Notes: generated by a model not told the origin, from the letters alone. A stretch of DNA of 46,333 nt from an uncultured Oscillospiraceae bacterium (GCA_964534195.1 CAZHQX010000002.1:1-46333); one strand, 5' to 3'; positions 36,479 to 45,849 are shown, numbered from the stretch's first letter. Numbers and translations: made by a program.

Positions 36479-37336
36479 CTATTTATAGATCATTTTATGT
36501 GTCATGCCGCCATCTATAGTCAGATTGACACCGGTAATAAATCCGGCATCTTCAGAAGCCAGAAACAGACAGGCTGCAGCAATGTCAGCAGGTTTACCTA
36601 CACGTCCTGCAGGATGCTGTCTATGGTCTTCCTCTGAAAACTCCACGGCCTCCGGCAGGCCAAGCTGCCAATGCTCAGTCGCGATCCAGCCGGGGCTTAT
36701 GCAGTTGACTCTAACGCCTCTGTCAGCCAGTGTAGCCGCCATAGCATGAGTCAAAGCTACGACTCCGCCCTTGCTCGAACCATAGCCCTCTGATCGAGGC
36801 TCAGACATAAATGCTCTGGTCGAAGCAATATTGATAATACTGCTTCCGCTGCTTCTGCTCAGCCAGGTTCTAAGCAGACTGCTCATAAGATAAGGTGCGC
36901 GCAAATTAACTGCCAGCACACGGTCAAAAGCATCCGGATCTCCATGCAAATGGGCACTATGCGCGTCAGCAATTGCAGCGTTATTGATCAATAGATGCAG
37001 GCCCTTTTTGTCTAACAGAGGCTTGATCTCATCTACTGCCTTCTCTATAGCTTCGCGGCTCGACAAATCAGTCTGAACAGGGATAACTGAACCACTGGCA
37101 TTATCGGCAAGTAGAGGCTTCATCTGCTCCAAGAGCCAAGCAGTCTCATCAAGAGCCTCCTGATTGATATCGATCATTATTACATCAGCACCCGCAAGCG
37201 CAAAGCTCAAGCTCAGGCAGCGACCTATGCCCTGGGCTCCTCCGGTCACAATAACTGTTTTGCCCAAATAGTCGTACCTGGCAATTGGCATTTCACGTAC
37301 AAGAGCTTCGATTCTGATTTTCAGATCATTACTCAT
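36479..37336 (-). CDS. SDR-family oxidoreductase
   Basis: VIVTGGAQGIGR (TGxxxGxG), NNAA and YGSSKGG (YxxxK). Confidence 0.85.
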   Translation of the reverse strand: MSNDLKIRIEALVREMPIARYDYLGKTVIVTGGAQGIGRCLSLSFALAGADVIMIDINQEALDETAWLLEQMKPLLADNASGSVIPVQTDLSSREAIEKAVDEIKPLLDKKGLHLLINNAAIADAHSAHLHGDPDAFDRVLAVNLRAPYLMSSLLRTWLSRSSGSSIINIASTRAFMSEPRSEGYGSSKGGVVALTHAMAATLADRGVRVNCISPGWIATEHWQLGLPEAVEFSEEDHRQHPAGRVGKPADIAAACLFLASEDAGFITGVNLTIDGGMTHKMIYK

Positions 37337-37386
37337 AACTTGTTTCTCCCATTAGGTTGCCTTTTGTGACTTATTCGCTGACTTGA

Positions 37387-40047
37387 TCAAACCTTGCTGA
37401 GAATCGCGATTCTCTCAAGAGTACTCTGATACATCGCATCATATCGCTCAAGCTTATCCTTCTCAGCTTGAATGACCTTCTCCGGCGCTTTACCAACAAA
37501 GGCTTCATTTGACAGCTTGCCGCGAACCCGCTTCAGCTCCTGCTCGAGGTTTTCCTTCTCCTTGTTAAGTCTGCTGATCTCTTTGTCAATATCGATCAGA
37601 TCCTCAAGCGGAATGAAAACCTCACCACCAGCAAACAGTGCTGTCACAGCGGTTACAGGCATACCCTCACTGTTGTTTCTGGTTTCAAGCGCCTCAACAC
37701 CTGCAAGTCTCTGCATAAAGGCAGTCCCCTCATTGAACATAGTTTTTATAGCTTCCTGCTCTGATACGACAATGATGCTGACCTTGCGACTGAATGGCAC
37801 CTGCATTTCTGTTCTGATATTTCTTATGCCCCTGATCGCGTCCATCAGAACACTCATACGTTCAACAGCATCCATAAACACATATTCAGAATCGTACTCA
37901 GGCCACTCACTGACCATGATCGAACCATTATTTGTCTCAAGGTGTCCATAGATCTCTTCAGTAACAAATGGCATAAACGGATGCAGAAGCTGCATTGCCT
38001 GAGCAAGCACATGATTCAAAACAGTCTGTGCAACAGTGCGTCCTCTGCTGCCCTTATCAGACAGGCGCGATTTGCACATCTCAATGTACCAGTCACAGTA
38101 TTCCTCCCATAAGAAGCTGTAGATCTTGCCGATCGCAACACCAAGCTCATATTTATCAATATTATGAGCTACCTCCTGCTTTAGCTGCTGCAGCCTTGTT
38201 AATATCCATTGATCCTCAAGTGCCAGTTCAGACAGGTCCAGCAAATTAATATCCAGCTCCATTTCATCATCAAAATTCATCACAACAAAACGGAAGGCGT
38301 TCCAGATCTTGTTAATAAAATTACGTCCGGCTTCAATCTTATCAGTCTGAAAACGCTGATCATTGCCGGGTGCGTTGCCCGTTACCAGCGCATATCTAAG
38401 CGCGTCAGCGCCATACTCATCGATGATCTCCAGCGGATCAATGCCATTACCAAGCGATTTTGACATTTTTCTGCCTTCGCTGTCGCGAACGATACCATGA
38501 ATAAATACAGTGTGAAAAGGTACCTCACCCGTATGCTCCAGACCAGAGAAGATCATTCGCGCGACCCAGAAGAAGATGATGTCATACCCGGTTACCAGCA
38601 CACTGGTTGGATAAAAATACTTAAGATCATCAGTCTGTGCCGGCCAGCCAAGAGTTGAAAACGGCCACAGAGCAGATGAGAACCAGGTATCTAATGTATC
38701 TGCATCCTGAGTAAAAGAGGTCGATCCACAATCAGGACAAACATCAGGCATCTCACGATCAACCATGATTTTCCCGCAGCTATCGCAATAATAGGCAGGT
38801 ATGCGGTGTCCCCACCAGAGCTGTCTGGAAATACACCAATCTCTGATATTCTCCATCCAGTTGAAATAAATCTTGTCGAAGCGCTCAGGCACGAAGCGTG
38901 TCTCATTATTCTTAACAGCCTCAATAGCCGGTCCTGCCAATGGCTCCATCTTAACAAACCACTGGAACGACACTCTGGGCTCCACGGTAGTACTGCAGCG
39001 ATAGCAGGCTCCGACATTGTGCTGATGCGGTTCTGTTTTTTCAAGAAAACCACCAGCCTCAAGATCAGCAACGATCTTCTTCCTGGCCTCTTCTCGTGTG
39101 AGCCCGCAGTAAATTCCGCCATCTTCGTTGATATGAGCATCATCAGTCATAACGTTTATGACCGGCAGCTGATGTCTAAGACCAACCTCGAAATCATTCG
39201 GATCATGAGCGGGGGTTATTTTAACAACACCTGTACCAAACTCCATATCGACATAGCTGTCAGCAATAATAGGTATTTCTCTACCCACCAGCGGCAAAAT
39301 GACTGTCTTGCCGATCAGAGCCTGATAACGCTCATCATCAGGATTAACAGCAACAGCTGTATCGCCTAACAGAGTTTCTGGTCTGGTGGTAGCCAGCATG
39401 AGATGACCGCTGCCATCTGCCAATGGATAACGCAAATGCCAGAAACTGCCCTGCTTATCCTGATATTCAACCTCGGCATCGGAGATCGAGGTCAGACAAT
39501 GCGGACACCAGTTAATTATTCTCTCGCCACGATAAATCAAACCCTTTTTATAGAGCCGGATGAAAACCTCCTGAACAGCCTCAGACAGACCTTCATCCAT
39601 CGTGAAGCGCTCACGGCTCCAGTCACATGAAGATCCCAGCCTCTTCAGCTGTTCAATAATACGTCCACCAAATTCACTTTTCCATTCCCAGGCACGCTTC
39701 AGGAACTCCTCACGACCGATATCTTCCTTACTGATTCCTTCTCCGCGCATTCTCTCAACGATCTTCGCTTCTGTTGCGATAGACGCATGATCTGTGCCAG
39801 GCAGCCAAAGCGCAGCATATCCCTGCATTCTTTTATGCCTGATCAGTATGTCCTGGAGCGTATTATCAAGCGCATGCCCCATATGAAGCTGCCCAGTAAT
39901 ATTCGGCGGCGGAATCACGATAGTATATGGTTTCTTATTGGGTTCCGGCTGTGGTGTGAAAAGCTTCTCATCCTGCCAGCTGCTGTAAATTCTGGCCTCA
40001 GCCTCAGCAGGTTCAAAAGCTTTGCTGATGTTATCAATTCTTGACAT
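37387..40047 (-). CDS. valS: Valine--tRNA ligase
   Basis: PPPNITGQLHMGHAL (HIGH), RKMSKSLGN (KMSKS) and a C-terminal coiled coil. ATG 40047 has GGGAGGAAG upstream. Confidence 0.97.
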   Translation of the reverse strand: MSRIDNISKAFEPAEAEARIYSSWQDEKLFTPQPEPNKKPYTIVIPPPNITGQLHMGHALDNTLQDILIRHKRMQGYAALWLPGTDHASIATEAKIVERMRGEGISKEDIGREEFLKRAWEWKSEFGGRIIEQLKRLGSSCDWSRERFTMDEGLSEAVQEVFIRLYKKGLIYRGERIINWCPHCLTSISDAEVEYQDKQGSFWHLRYPLADGSGHLMLATTRPETLLGDTAVAVNPDDERYQALIGKTVILPLVGREIPIIADSYVDMEFGTGVVKITPAHDPNDFEVGLRHQLPVINVMTDDAHINEDGGIYCGLTREEARKKIVADLEAGGFLEKTEPHQHNVGACYRCSTTVEPRVSFQWFVKMEPLAGPAIEAVKNNETRFVPERFDKIYFNWMENIRDWCISRQLWWGHRIPAYYCDSCGKIMVDREMPDVCPDCGSTSFTQDADTLDTWFSSALWPFSTLGWPAQTDDLKYFYPTSVLVTGYDIIFFWVARMIFSGLEHTGEVPFHTVFIHGIVRDSEGRKMSKSLGNGIDPLEIIDEYGADALRYALVTGNAPGNDQRFQTDKIEAGRNFINKIWNAFRFVVMNFDDEMELDINLLDLSELALEDQWILTRLQQLKQEVAHNIDKYELGVAIGKIYSFLWEEYCDWYIEMCKSRLSDKGSRGRTVAQTVLNHVLAQAMQLLHPFMPFVTEEIYGHLETNNGSIMVSEWPEYDSEYVFMDAVERMSVLMDAIRGIRNIRTEMQVPFSRKVSIIVVSEQEAIKTMFNEGTAFMQRLAGVEALETRNNSEGMPVTAVTALFAGGEVFIPLEDLIDIDKEISRLNKEKENLEQELKRVRGKLSNEAFVGKAPEKVIQAEKDKLERYDAMYQSTLERIAILSKV

Positions 40048-40128
40048 ATAACTTCCTCCCATATTCCAGGTCAATTTCTATAATTGTAATCTAAACAAAC
40101 TCTGATCTATCCGATAATCAAGGATGCT

Positions 40129-40392
40129 TCATCTAAAAAGTATTAAGACGATAACAAATCCAGGGGAAGCGAGCAGCAATCCCTTGAGCTTAACATCAAC
40201 GATCGCGGCATCGCGCTTAAACTTGGTCTTCTGCTCTTCATCCATCATCGCCGTCAATCTTGGATCTTCCTTTTTCTTGTCCGCCAAGCCCTTACGATCG
40301 ACGATCCTCGGTGCAAGAAATATCACCACTACCCCGGCAGCCACAAACAAAAGGCCGATAATTTTAAGTATCAATTCTAACTCTTCACCCAT
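40129..40392 (-). CDS. Small (87 aa) two-TM membrane protein, first ORF after the T-box leader
   Basis: ATG 40392 lies 9 nt after GGAGG. MGEELELILKIIGLLFVAAGVVVIFLAP..(charged loop)..GLLLASPGFVIVLILFR. The ORF track shows it only as part of a longer 123-aa ORF that runs into the leader. Confidence 0.55.
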   Translation of the reverse strand: MGEELELILKIIGLLFVAAGVVVIFLAPRIVDRKGLADKKKEDPRLTAMMDEEQKTKFKRDAAIVDVKLKGLLLASPGFVIVLILFR

Positions 40393-40647
40393 ATAAAAAA
40401 GCCTCCTTCCAGTATGTTTTACTAAACATAACTGGACGAAAGCATTCTTCCGTGGTACCACCAGTTTTCCTGTACAAGCACATGCATGCCGTACAGGCAC
40501 TCTTCCCGCTGATCACGCTGCGGCAACGTCTGCTCTGGAGCGACCTTCATCCTAATACTGCCTAGAGATCTTCCAGCCTATGGATCTCATTCTCTGAAGG
40601 CGTCAAATAAGACTACTCCTCACCATCAACACAGATCTATCTGTTAA
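40393..40647 (-). promoter_or_regulatory. T-box riboswitch leader, probable valine (GUC) specifier
   Basis: The minus strand shows these elements in canonical order:
- Stem I start GAUGGUGAGGAGUAG
- AG bay CAGAGA
- specifier context GAAG-GUC-G just before the closing CUCC (GUC = rc of 40542-40544)
- Stem III CCUGUAC/GUACAGG
- T-box sequence AAACUGGUGGUACCACG (rc of 40451-40467)
- terminator. Confidence 0.85.
40395..40443 (-). terminator. T-box terminator hairpin plus U6 (its 3-prime arm contains the SD of the small ORF)
   Basis: On the minus strand, GCUUUCGUCCAGUUAUGUUU-AGUA-AAACAUACUGGAAGGAGGC followed by UUUUUU. The stem is about 19 bp, with wobbles, one mismatch and one bulge. Confidence 0.75.
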
Positions 40648-40653
40648 GAAATC

Positions 40654-40682
40654 ATTCTACACATTATTTATCTACTTGGCAA
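40654..40682 (-). promoter_or_regulatory. Promoter TTGCCA-17-TAGAAT for the T-box/valS transcript
   Basis: The reverse complement of 40677-40682 is TTGCCA (inside the last codons of the esterase gene). The reverse complement of 40654-40659 is TAGAAT. Confidence 0.5.
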
Positions 40683-42834
40683 GAAACCTGATATTATCCA
40701 CATAGACAGATCCATCAGACTTGCCATCTTCGAAACAAAAACCCAGTTCGACAATTCCCCTGTAAAACGCATCAGGCAGTTCCTGTGATTCAAGCGAGAA
40801 CTGAAAACTTTGCCAACGGAGAGCACCCATAAGCAATTGTTGCTTGCTTATTATCTGTTCAACGCGTTCCTGCGAATCAGCCTCATCCTTAATAATCATT
40901 CTCAAATCGATCCAGATCTTCTTCATTTGTCTGTCAGGATTAAAAATATCGACGCTGATCTGACTGTAATCACTGATATCCACAGGTGGAAACAATGACT
41001 CATAATCAAGCACCGGCTGCAATACAAAGGTACTGCCCGCACCTGGCTCAGATTGCTTGTATTTGATAAAGAGCGAGGCATCACCCTCTTGTTTATTTGA
41101 ACTATCAAGACTAATAGACGCTGTACCTGTCTTGATACGCCAAACCGGGTGCTTCTCAGTAAGCAGGAAGCTTACACGATCAGAACAACCAGCGCGCACC
41201 GGAGCTGCCCAGGCAGTAAGCTGGTCACAATGTGTCCATTCCGAGGGCAATCTATACTTGGCCGGATGCCTGTCTGACCTAAACGGCATAACCGCAATAT
41301 GTTCACTGTTTATGAGATTAGAATCCTGATTCATACTGGCAAAAGCATAGCAGACCGCTTGCGGGTTTTTGATCTGATCGTGCCACACGAGAACTCTGAC
41401 ACCATATAGTATCCTGGCCTGAGCAGCATGAAAAACTCTGTCTTCACCACAAATAGCGAATCCCCGCAGCCTTGTACCACCACTATTCAATCTCAGTCCT
41501 TCGGCAGTATTGCTGAAGCTAAGCAGAAGCTTATCTCCGACCATTTCAATACCAATACATTCAGGAGCTGAGTCAGAAGATTTACGGTGATATAGCATAC
41601 CGGCAGCCATCTGCTTCAAGCTCTGGCCGGTTTTTTCCAGGTCAACCATATATTCAGGAGAAAACCACACTCTGGCAGAGGAGGGTTTCTCTTTGTAAAG
41701 ATCATATGTCGGTAAAACAGCGATTTTCCCCTTAAGCTGATGCTTAACACGTGACAAGGTCTCATTGTAGCGGGCAATAGCAAACCCGTCAGCATCCTCT
41801 CTGCATGCAGAAGGAAGCTGCTGGATCAGCAGCCAGGCACAGCTGCCATTGTTTTCTTCACCAGTTATTGAAGCATCTGCCAAATCAGTGCCCGGCACCT
41901 GACTGCGGGGCTTATCGGCAGGAATGCGGAAAACGCTCTGCCAATCACTTATCAAGTATTTGAGAGCTGAGAGATAATAGTCAGGGTAATCATGATCACG
42001 CTCACCCTGATGCCAGATCACACCTCTGATTCCTAGACCACTGAGCGGCGCAATTTTATGGTTATAGAGGGCGGCAGGAAGATTAGATCCCCAGTCACCA
42101 GCCATTTGCCACGTATTCTCATCCCGATAAAAGCCGTAAGCCTCCACACGTTGTCTGATATGGGCATGGTTGTCGATCGACTCTCTTGATAACCAGCTGT
42201 GAACAAAAGTCGAACTCATGGAAGTTTCAATTATCGCCACAGGCAGCTGTAATTCCTGTTGCAAAGCTCTGGCAAAAAACCAGGTAAGCGCGCTGATATT
42301 TCTTATAGTTTCAGGATCATCTCCATATGACCAAACTGCTCCAGCAGCTTCAGAACGCGGTGAAAAGCTATAATTATCCCGCTTTGATTTGAGGCCATCT
42401 CGAGCTTGTTGAAAAAAACGGAGAAAATGCATATTGGCTGATTCACTTATGATTCTTGGATCAAGCCCTCTCGACAACTCAGCCGAGAATTCTGAATGCC
42501 CGCCATGAACCCAGACCTCACCTGCCAATACATCCTGAACGGTGATTTCCTCTCGACCGGCTTTTACAGTGATTTCATAATAATCAAAGGATGCTTCCAA
42601 AGCCGGAAGCTCGACGCGGAAAGAAGCGTTGTCATTACAAATTGCTTCTTGCTCAAAAATACAGCCATAGCTGTTATCAAGTGGTGAGACCTGCTTGCCA
42701 GCAGGTGGAAATCGCTCCAGCCTGACGGAAACTTCAGCTTCCGGCTTATATTTTCCGGCAAGATAATAAGGCAGCTGCTGCTGAATTACCATACCGCTGC
42801 CGGTATATGATGCTAAACTGAGATGTTTCGCCAT
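40672..42834 (-). CDS. Sialate O-acetylesterase-like (SASA/DUF303) carbohydrate esterase, no signal peptide, with C-terminal extra domain
   Basis: N-terminus MVIQQQLPYYLAGKY.., then GEVWVHGGHSEF in the position of GDVW.xSGQSNM, and GVIWHQGERD matching the WYQGE block. ATG 42834 has AAGGAG 6 nt upstream. Confidence 0.7.
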   Translation of the reverse strand: MAKHLSLASYTGSGMVIQQQLPYYLAGKYKPEAEVSVRLERFPPAGKQVSPLDNSYGCIFEQEAICNDNASFRVELPALEASFDYYEITVKAGREEITVQDVLAGEVWVHGGHSEFSAELSRGLDPRIISESANMHFLRFFQQARDGLKSKRDNYSFSPRSEAAGAVWSYGDDPETIRNISALTWFFARALQQELQLPVAIIETSMSSTFVHSWLSRESIDNHAHIRQRVEAYGFYRDENTWQMAGDWGSNLPAALYNHKIAPLSGLGIRGVIWHQGERDHDYPDYYLSALKYLISDWQSVFRIPADKPRSQVPGTDLADASITGEENNGSCAWLLIQQLPSACREDADGFAIARYNETLSRVKHQLKGKIAVLPTYDLYKEKPSSARVWFSPEYMVDLEKTGQSLKQMAAGMLYHRKSSDSAPECIGIEMVGDKLLLSFSNTAEGLRLNSGGTRLRGFAICGEDRVFHAAQARILYGVRVLVWHDQIKNPQAVCYAFASMNQDSNLINSEHIAVMPFRSDRHPAKYRLPSEWTHCDQLTAWAAPVRAGCSDRVSFLLTEKHPVWRIKTGTASISLDSSNKQEGDASLFIKYKQSEPGAGSTFVLQPVLDYESLFPPVDISDYSQISVDIFNPDRQMKKIWIDLRMIIKDEADSQERVEQIISKQQLLMGALRWQSFQFSLESQELPDAFYRGIVELGFCFEDGKSDGSVYVDNIRFLAK

Positions 42835-42905
42835 AGCAGACTCCTTGAATGATGACAGCTGCCACATAGCGCGGCAGTCCGCATTCGACCTGCAGTTCAG
42901 GCACC

Positions 42906-42934
42906 ATTATAACGCCCGCGGCAAGTACGTGCAA
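42906..42934 (-). promoter_or_regulatory. Promoter TTGCAC-17-TATAAT for the esterase gene
   Basis: The reverse complement of 42929-42934 is TTGCAC and of 42906-42911 is TATAAT. It sits immediately downstream of nrdG. Confidence 0.45.
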
Positions 42935-42963
42935 CAAGTCACAATTTGTACAATGTGACTTGT
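42934..42963. repeat. Perfect 10-bp inverted repeat straddling the nrdG stop codon
   Basis: ACAAGTCACA (42934-42943) and TGTGACTTGT (42954-42963) with a 10-nt loop containing the palindrome TTGTACAA. The nrdG stop is at 42939-42941. Confidence 0.6.
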
Positions 42964-43442
42964 CCCTTCTTAAGACTTGCCTGGACATCGATCGCACGCT
43001 GATTTCTCGAGCCCCTGAACCTAAGATCCATGGATTTCTGATCGTCATCATATCTTCCATCTATCAATATATCGGTCAAACTGAGCAGCTCGTGCCAGCC
43101 GGGTCTGGTATCGGCCTGCTCAAGCAGCTCCTCCCATGTATAGCCTGAGTAGCAGATAATGTTTCTGCTGCTGCTGCGAACCGCTCTTGCGATATAGGCA
43201 AGCTCCTCCGCCTGCATGAAGGGCTCTCCGCCACTGAAGGTCACACCATCGAGCAAGGGATCAGCCAAAATCTGTCTAATCAAATCATCCGCATCGTACT
43301 CATAACCGCCACGGAAATCATGGCTCTCCGGATTATGACAGCCTTGACAAAAATGCGGACAGCCCTGGGCGAATATCGTGAATCTGATTCCCGGTCCATC
43401 TGTAATCGATTCAAGAGCTAAGCCAAATAGCCTACAGACCAT
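42939..43442 (-). CDS. nrdG: Anaerobic ribonucleoside-triphosphate reductase activating protein (radical SAM)
   Basis: SITDGPGIRFTIFAQGCPHFCQGCHNPESH (CxxxCxxC). ATG 43442 overlaps the nrdD end by 11 nt. Longer N-terminal extensions (43478, 43493) are possible. Confidence 0.9.
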   Translation of the reverse strand: MVCRLFGLALESITDGPGIRFTIFAQGCPHFCQGCHNPESHDFRGGYEYDADDLIRQILADPLLDGVTFSGGEPFMQAEELAYIARAVRSSSRNIICYSGYTWEELLEQADTRPGWHELLSLTDILIDGRYDDDQKSMDLRFRGSRNQRAIDVQASLKKGQVTLYKL

Positions 43443-45768
43443 GTCTTGTTCTGTCTTGCTCTTCAGATTTTTTAGCATTATTGAAACGATCAAGCGTACC
43501 TACCAGATAGCCGGTTATCCTTCTAATGCGTTCAAAAGGCTCATTCTCTGTTTCCTCACGTCCGCAAGCCGGACAGGTATCGCCAATAATACCGTTATAT
43601 CCACAAACCGGATCACGATCTATCGGATGATTGATCGCACCATAACCGATACCGCTTTCAGCCATTAATCGTACGACCTTTTCAAATGCTTCAATATTCT
43701 GTGTAGTATCGCCGTCCAGCTCAACATAAGTAATATGACCCGCATTAGTCAGCTCATGATAAGGCGCCTCTAGTCTGACCTTGTTATAGGCGCTGATATC
43801 ATATCTGACAGGGATGTGGAAGCTGTTTGTATAATAAAGCTTATCAGTTACACCATCAATTTTTCCAAATTTCTTGCGATCCAATCTCAGGAAGCGACCG
43901 GACAATCCTTCTGCAGGTGTCGCTAAGAGAGAAAAATTGAGTCCGGTCTGTCTGCATTTCTCATCGCAGAAAGCACGCATATGCGAAATGATCTCAAGTC
44001 CAAGCTGCTGAGAATCGTCTTGTTCGCCGTGGTGACAGCCGGTAAGTGAAGTAAGTGTCTCAGCAAGACCGATAAAACCAATAGAAAGAGTACCATGCTT
44101 GATGACCTCCCTGATCTCGTCCTCCCAGTCAAGCTTATCCGAATCAAGCCACAGCCCCTGTCCCATCAGGAATGGGAAATTATAAACATGCTTGCGTGCC
44201 TGCACCTCCATACGCTCGAGCAGCTGCTGAGATACCATTTCCATCATCTCATCAAGCCTACGGTAAAAGGCGTTCAGATCGCCTTGCGCCATAATTGCGC
44301 AGCGTGGTAAATTTATAGAAGTAAAACTCAAATTACCGCGGCTATATGTGATTTCACGTTCAGTATCGTATGTATTAGCAGCAACCCTGGTTCTGCAGCC
44401 CATATAGGCTATTTCAGTCTCAACTCTTGAGGGATCATAGCTCTTAAGATTAAAGGGTGCGTCCTGAAAAGCGAAATTCGGGAACATCCTGCGGGCACTG
44501 CAGCGGCAAGCCTGTCGGAACAGGTCATAATTCGGATCTCCCTCTTCGTAATTAATGCCCTTCTTGACTCTGAATATTTGGATCGGAAAAATAGCGGTCT
44601 CACCATTACCAAGACCAGCTTCAGTTGCTTGCAGCAGGTTCTTGATCGCCATTCTGGCTTCAGCAGAGGTATCCATACCATAATTGATCGAACTAAACGG
44701 TGTCTGAGCTCCGGCCCTGCTATGCATGGAGTTAAGATTATGAATCAGAGCCTCCATAGCCTGATAGGTCGCCTTGTCAGTTTCCTCGAAGGTTTTCTCA
44801 AGTACAAATTTATTGACTCTTGCTGCGATCTCCTCATCATCAACCAATTGACGCAATAGATCCAGCTGGACATGACCATAATCCGAGGTTTGACTCAGAG
44901 ATGGCTCCTTGCCTGTTAGCTCTTTCAGTTCTGCGATAATTCTTTTCGCCTGGTCGATTGGATCATCAATTAGTGTCAGAAGGCTGAGTGCTGTAACCAG
45001 GTGCTTTTCAAAAAGCTTGCGATAGGTACAGGCTACACCCTGGGCCATCGCATAATCAAAATTGACAATTGACTGTCCTCCATGCATATCATTCTGGTTT
45101 GACTGAATAGCAATACAGGCCAGAGCTGCGTAGCTTCTAATATCTCTTGGTTCACGTAAATGTCCATGTCCTGTTGAAAAACCATTCTTAAACAGTCTGA
45201 TCAGGTCGATCTGACAGCATGTCATGGTCAATGAATAGAAATCCAGATCATGAATATGTATGTCTCCTGCTTGGTGGGCAGCACTGTGTTCCGGGCTGAG
45301 CATAAACATCTGATAGTACATTTTCGCACCCTCAGAGCCGTATTTCAGCATTGTCCCCATAGCTGTATCGCCGTCGATATTAGCATTCTCACGTTTGACA
45401 TCACTCTGACGCGAATCACTATGTGTGATATCGTGATAAGTCTGCATCAAACGTGTATTCATTTCGCGAACGCGATTACGCTCAGCACGATAAAGAATAT
45501 AGCGTTTAGCGGTCTCAGGATAATTCTCTTCAATTAATACTCTCTCCACCATATCCTGGATATCTTCAATTCCAGGAATATCCGAAGCTGTGACCGCGAG
45601 ATACTCCGCTACCTTAGAAGCAAGATCCATGCTTAGCATTTGTCGGCTATTGACCGACTCATCTTCACCCTCACCTGATGCAACAAGTGCTTTATAAATC
45701 GCGTTGGCGATCTTCTCGATATTAAAGGATGCTGCTCTTCCGTCTCGCTTTACTACTCTAGTAATCAT
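43432..45768 (-). CDS. nrdD: Anaerobic ribonucleoside-triphosphate reductase (class III)
   Basis: N-terminal ATP-cone (VVKRDGRAASFNIEKIANAIYKA), C-terminal Zn site CPACG and glycyl-radical motif RRITGYLVG. SD GGAGGG. Confidence 0.97.
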   Translation of the reverse strand: MITRVVKRDGRAASFNIEKIANAIYKALVASGEGEDESVNSRQMLSMDLASKVAEYLAVTASDIPGIEDIQDMVERVLIEENYPETAKRYILYRAERNRVREMNTRLMQTYHDITHSDSRQSDVKRENANIDGDTAMGTMLKYGSEGAKMYYQMFMLSPEHSAAHQAGDIHIHDLDFYSLTMTCCQIDLIRLFKNGFSTGHGHLREPRDIRSYAALACIAIQSNQNDMHGGQSIVNFDYAMAQGVACTYRKLFEKHLVTALSLLTLIDDPIDQAKRIIAELKELTGKEPSLSQTSDYGHVQLDLLRQLVDDEEIAARVNKFVLEKTFEETDKATYQAMEALIHNLNSMHSRAGAQTPFSSINYGMDTSAEARMAIKNLLQATEAGLGNGETAIFPIQIFRVKKGINYEEGDPNYDLFRQACRCSARRMFPNFAFQDAPFNLKSYDPSRVETEIAYMGCRTRVAANTYDTEREITYSRGNLSFTSINLPRCAIMAQGDLNAFYRRLDEMMEMVSQQLLERMEVQARKHVYNFPFLMGQGLWLDSDKLDWEDEIREVIKHGTLSIGFIGLAETLTSLTGCHHGEQDDSQQLGLEIISHMRAFCDEKCRQTGLNFSLLATPAEGLSGRFLRLDRKKFGKIDGVTDKLYYTNSFHIPVRYDISAYNKVRLEAPYHELTNAGHITYVELDGDTTQNIEAFEKVVRLMAESGIGYGAINHPIDRDPVCGYNGIIGDTCPACGREETENEPFERIRRITGYLVGTLDRFNNAKKSEEQDRTRHGL

Positions 45769-45815
45769 GATAACCCTCCAGATTGCCGACTTTTCCTATA
45801 GTATTGTCAGAAAAT

Positions 45816-45839
45816 GCAAACACTATATATAGTGTTTGC
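45816..45839. promoter_or_regulatory. NrdR box inside a perfect 24-bp palindrome
   Basis: GCAAACACTATATATAGTGTTTGC. The core ACACTATATATAGTGT (45820-45835) matches the NrdR consensus acaCwAtATaTwGtgt. It lies 52 nt upstream of the nrdD ATG. Confidence 0.8.
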
Positions 45840-45849
45840 ACGATTTCGC

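Noticed and set aside
40694-40702. Isolated perfect DnaA box TTATCCACA inside the 3-prime end of the esterase gene, just upstream of the T-box promoter
   Set aside because: A single perfect 9-mer is expected about 0.35 times by chance in a window this size. There are no neighbouring boxes.
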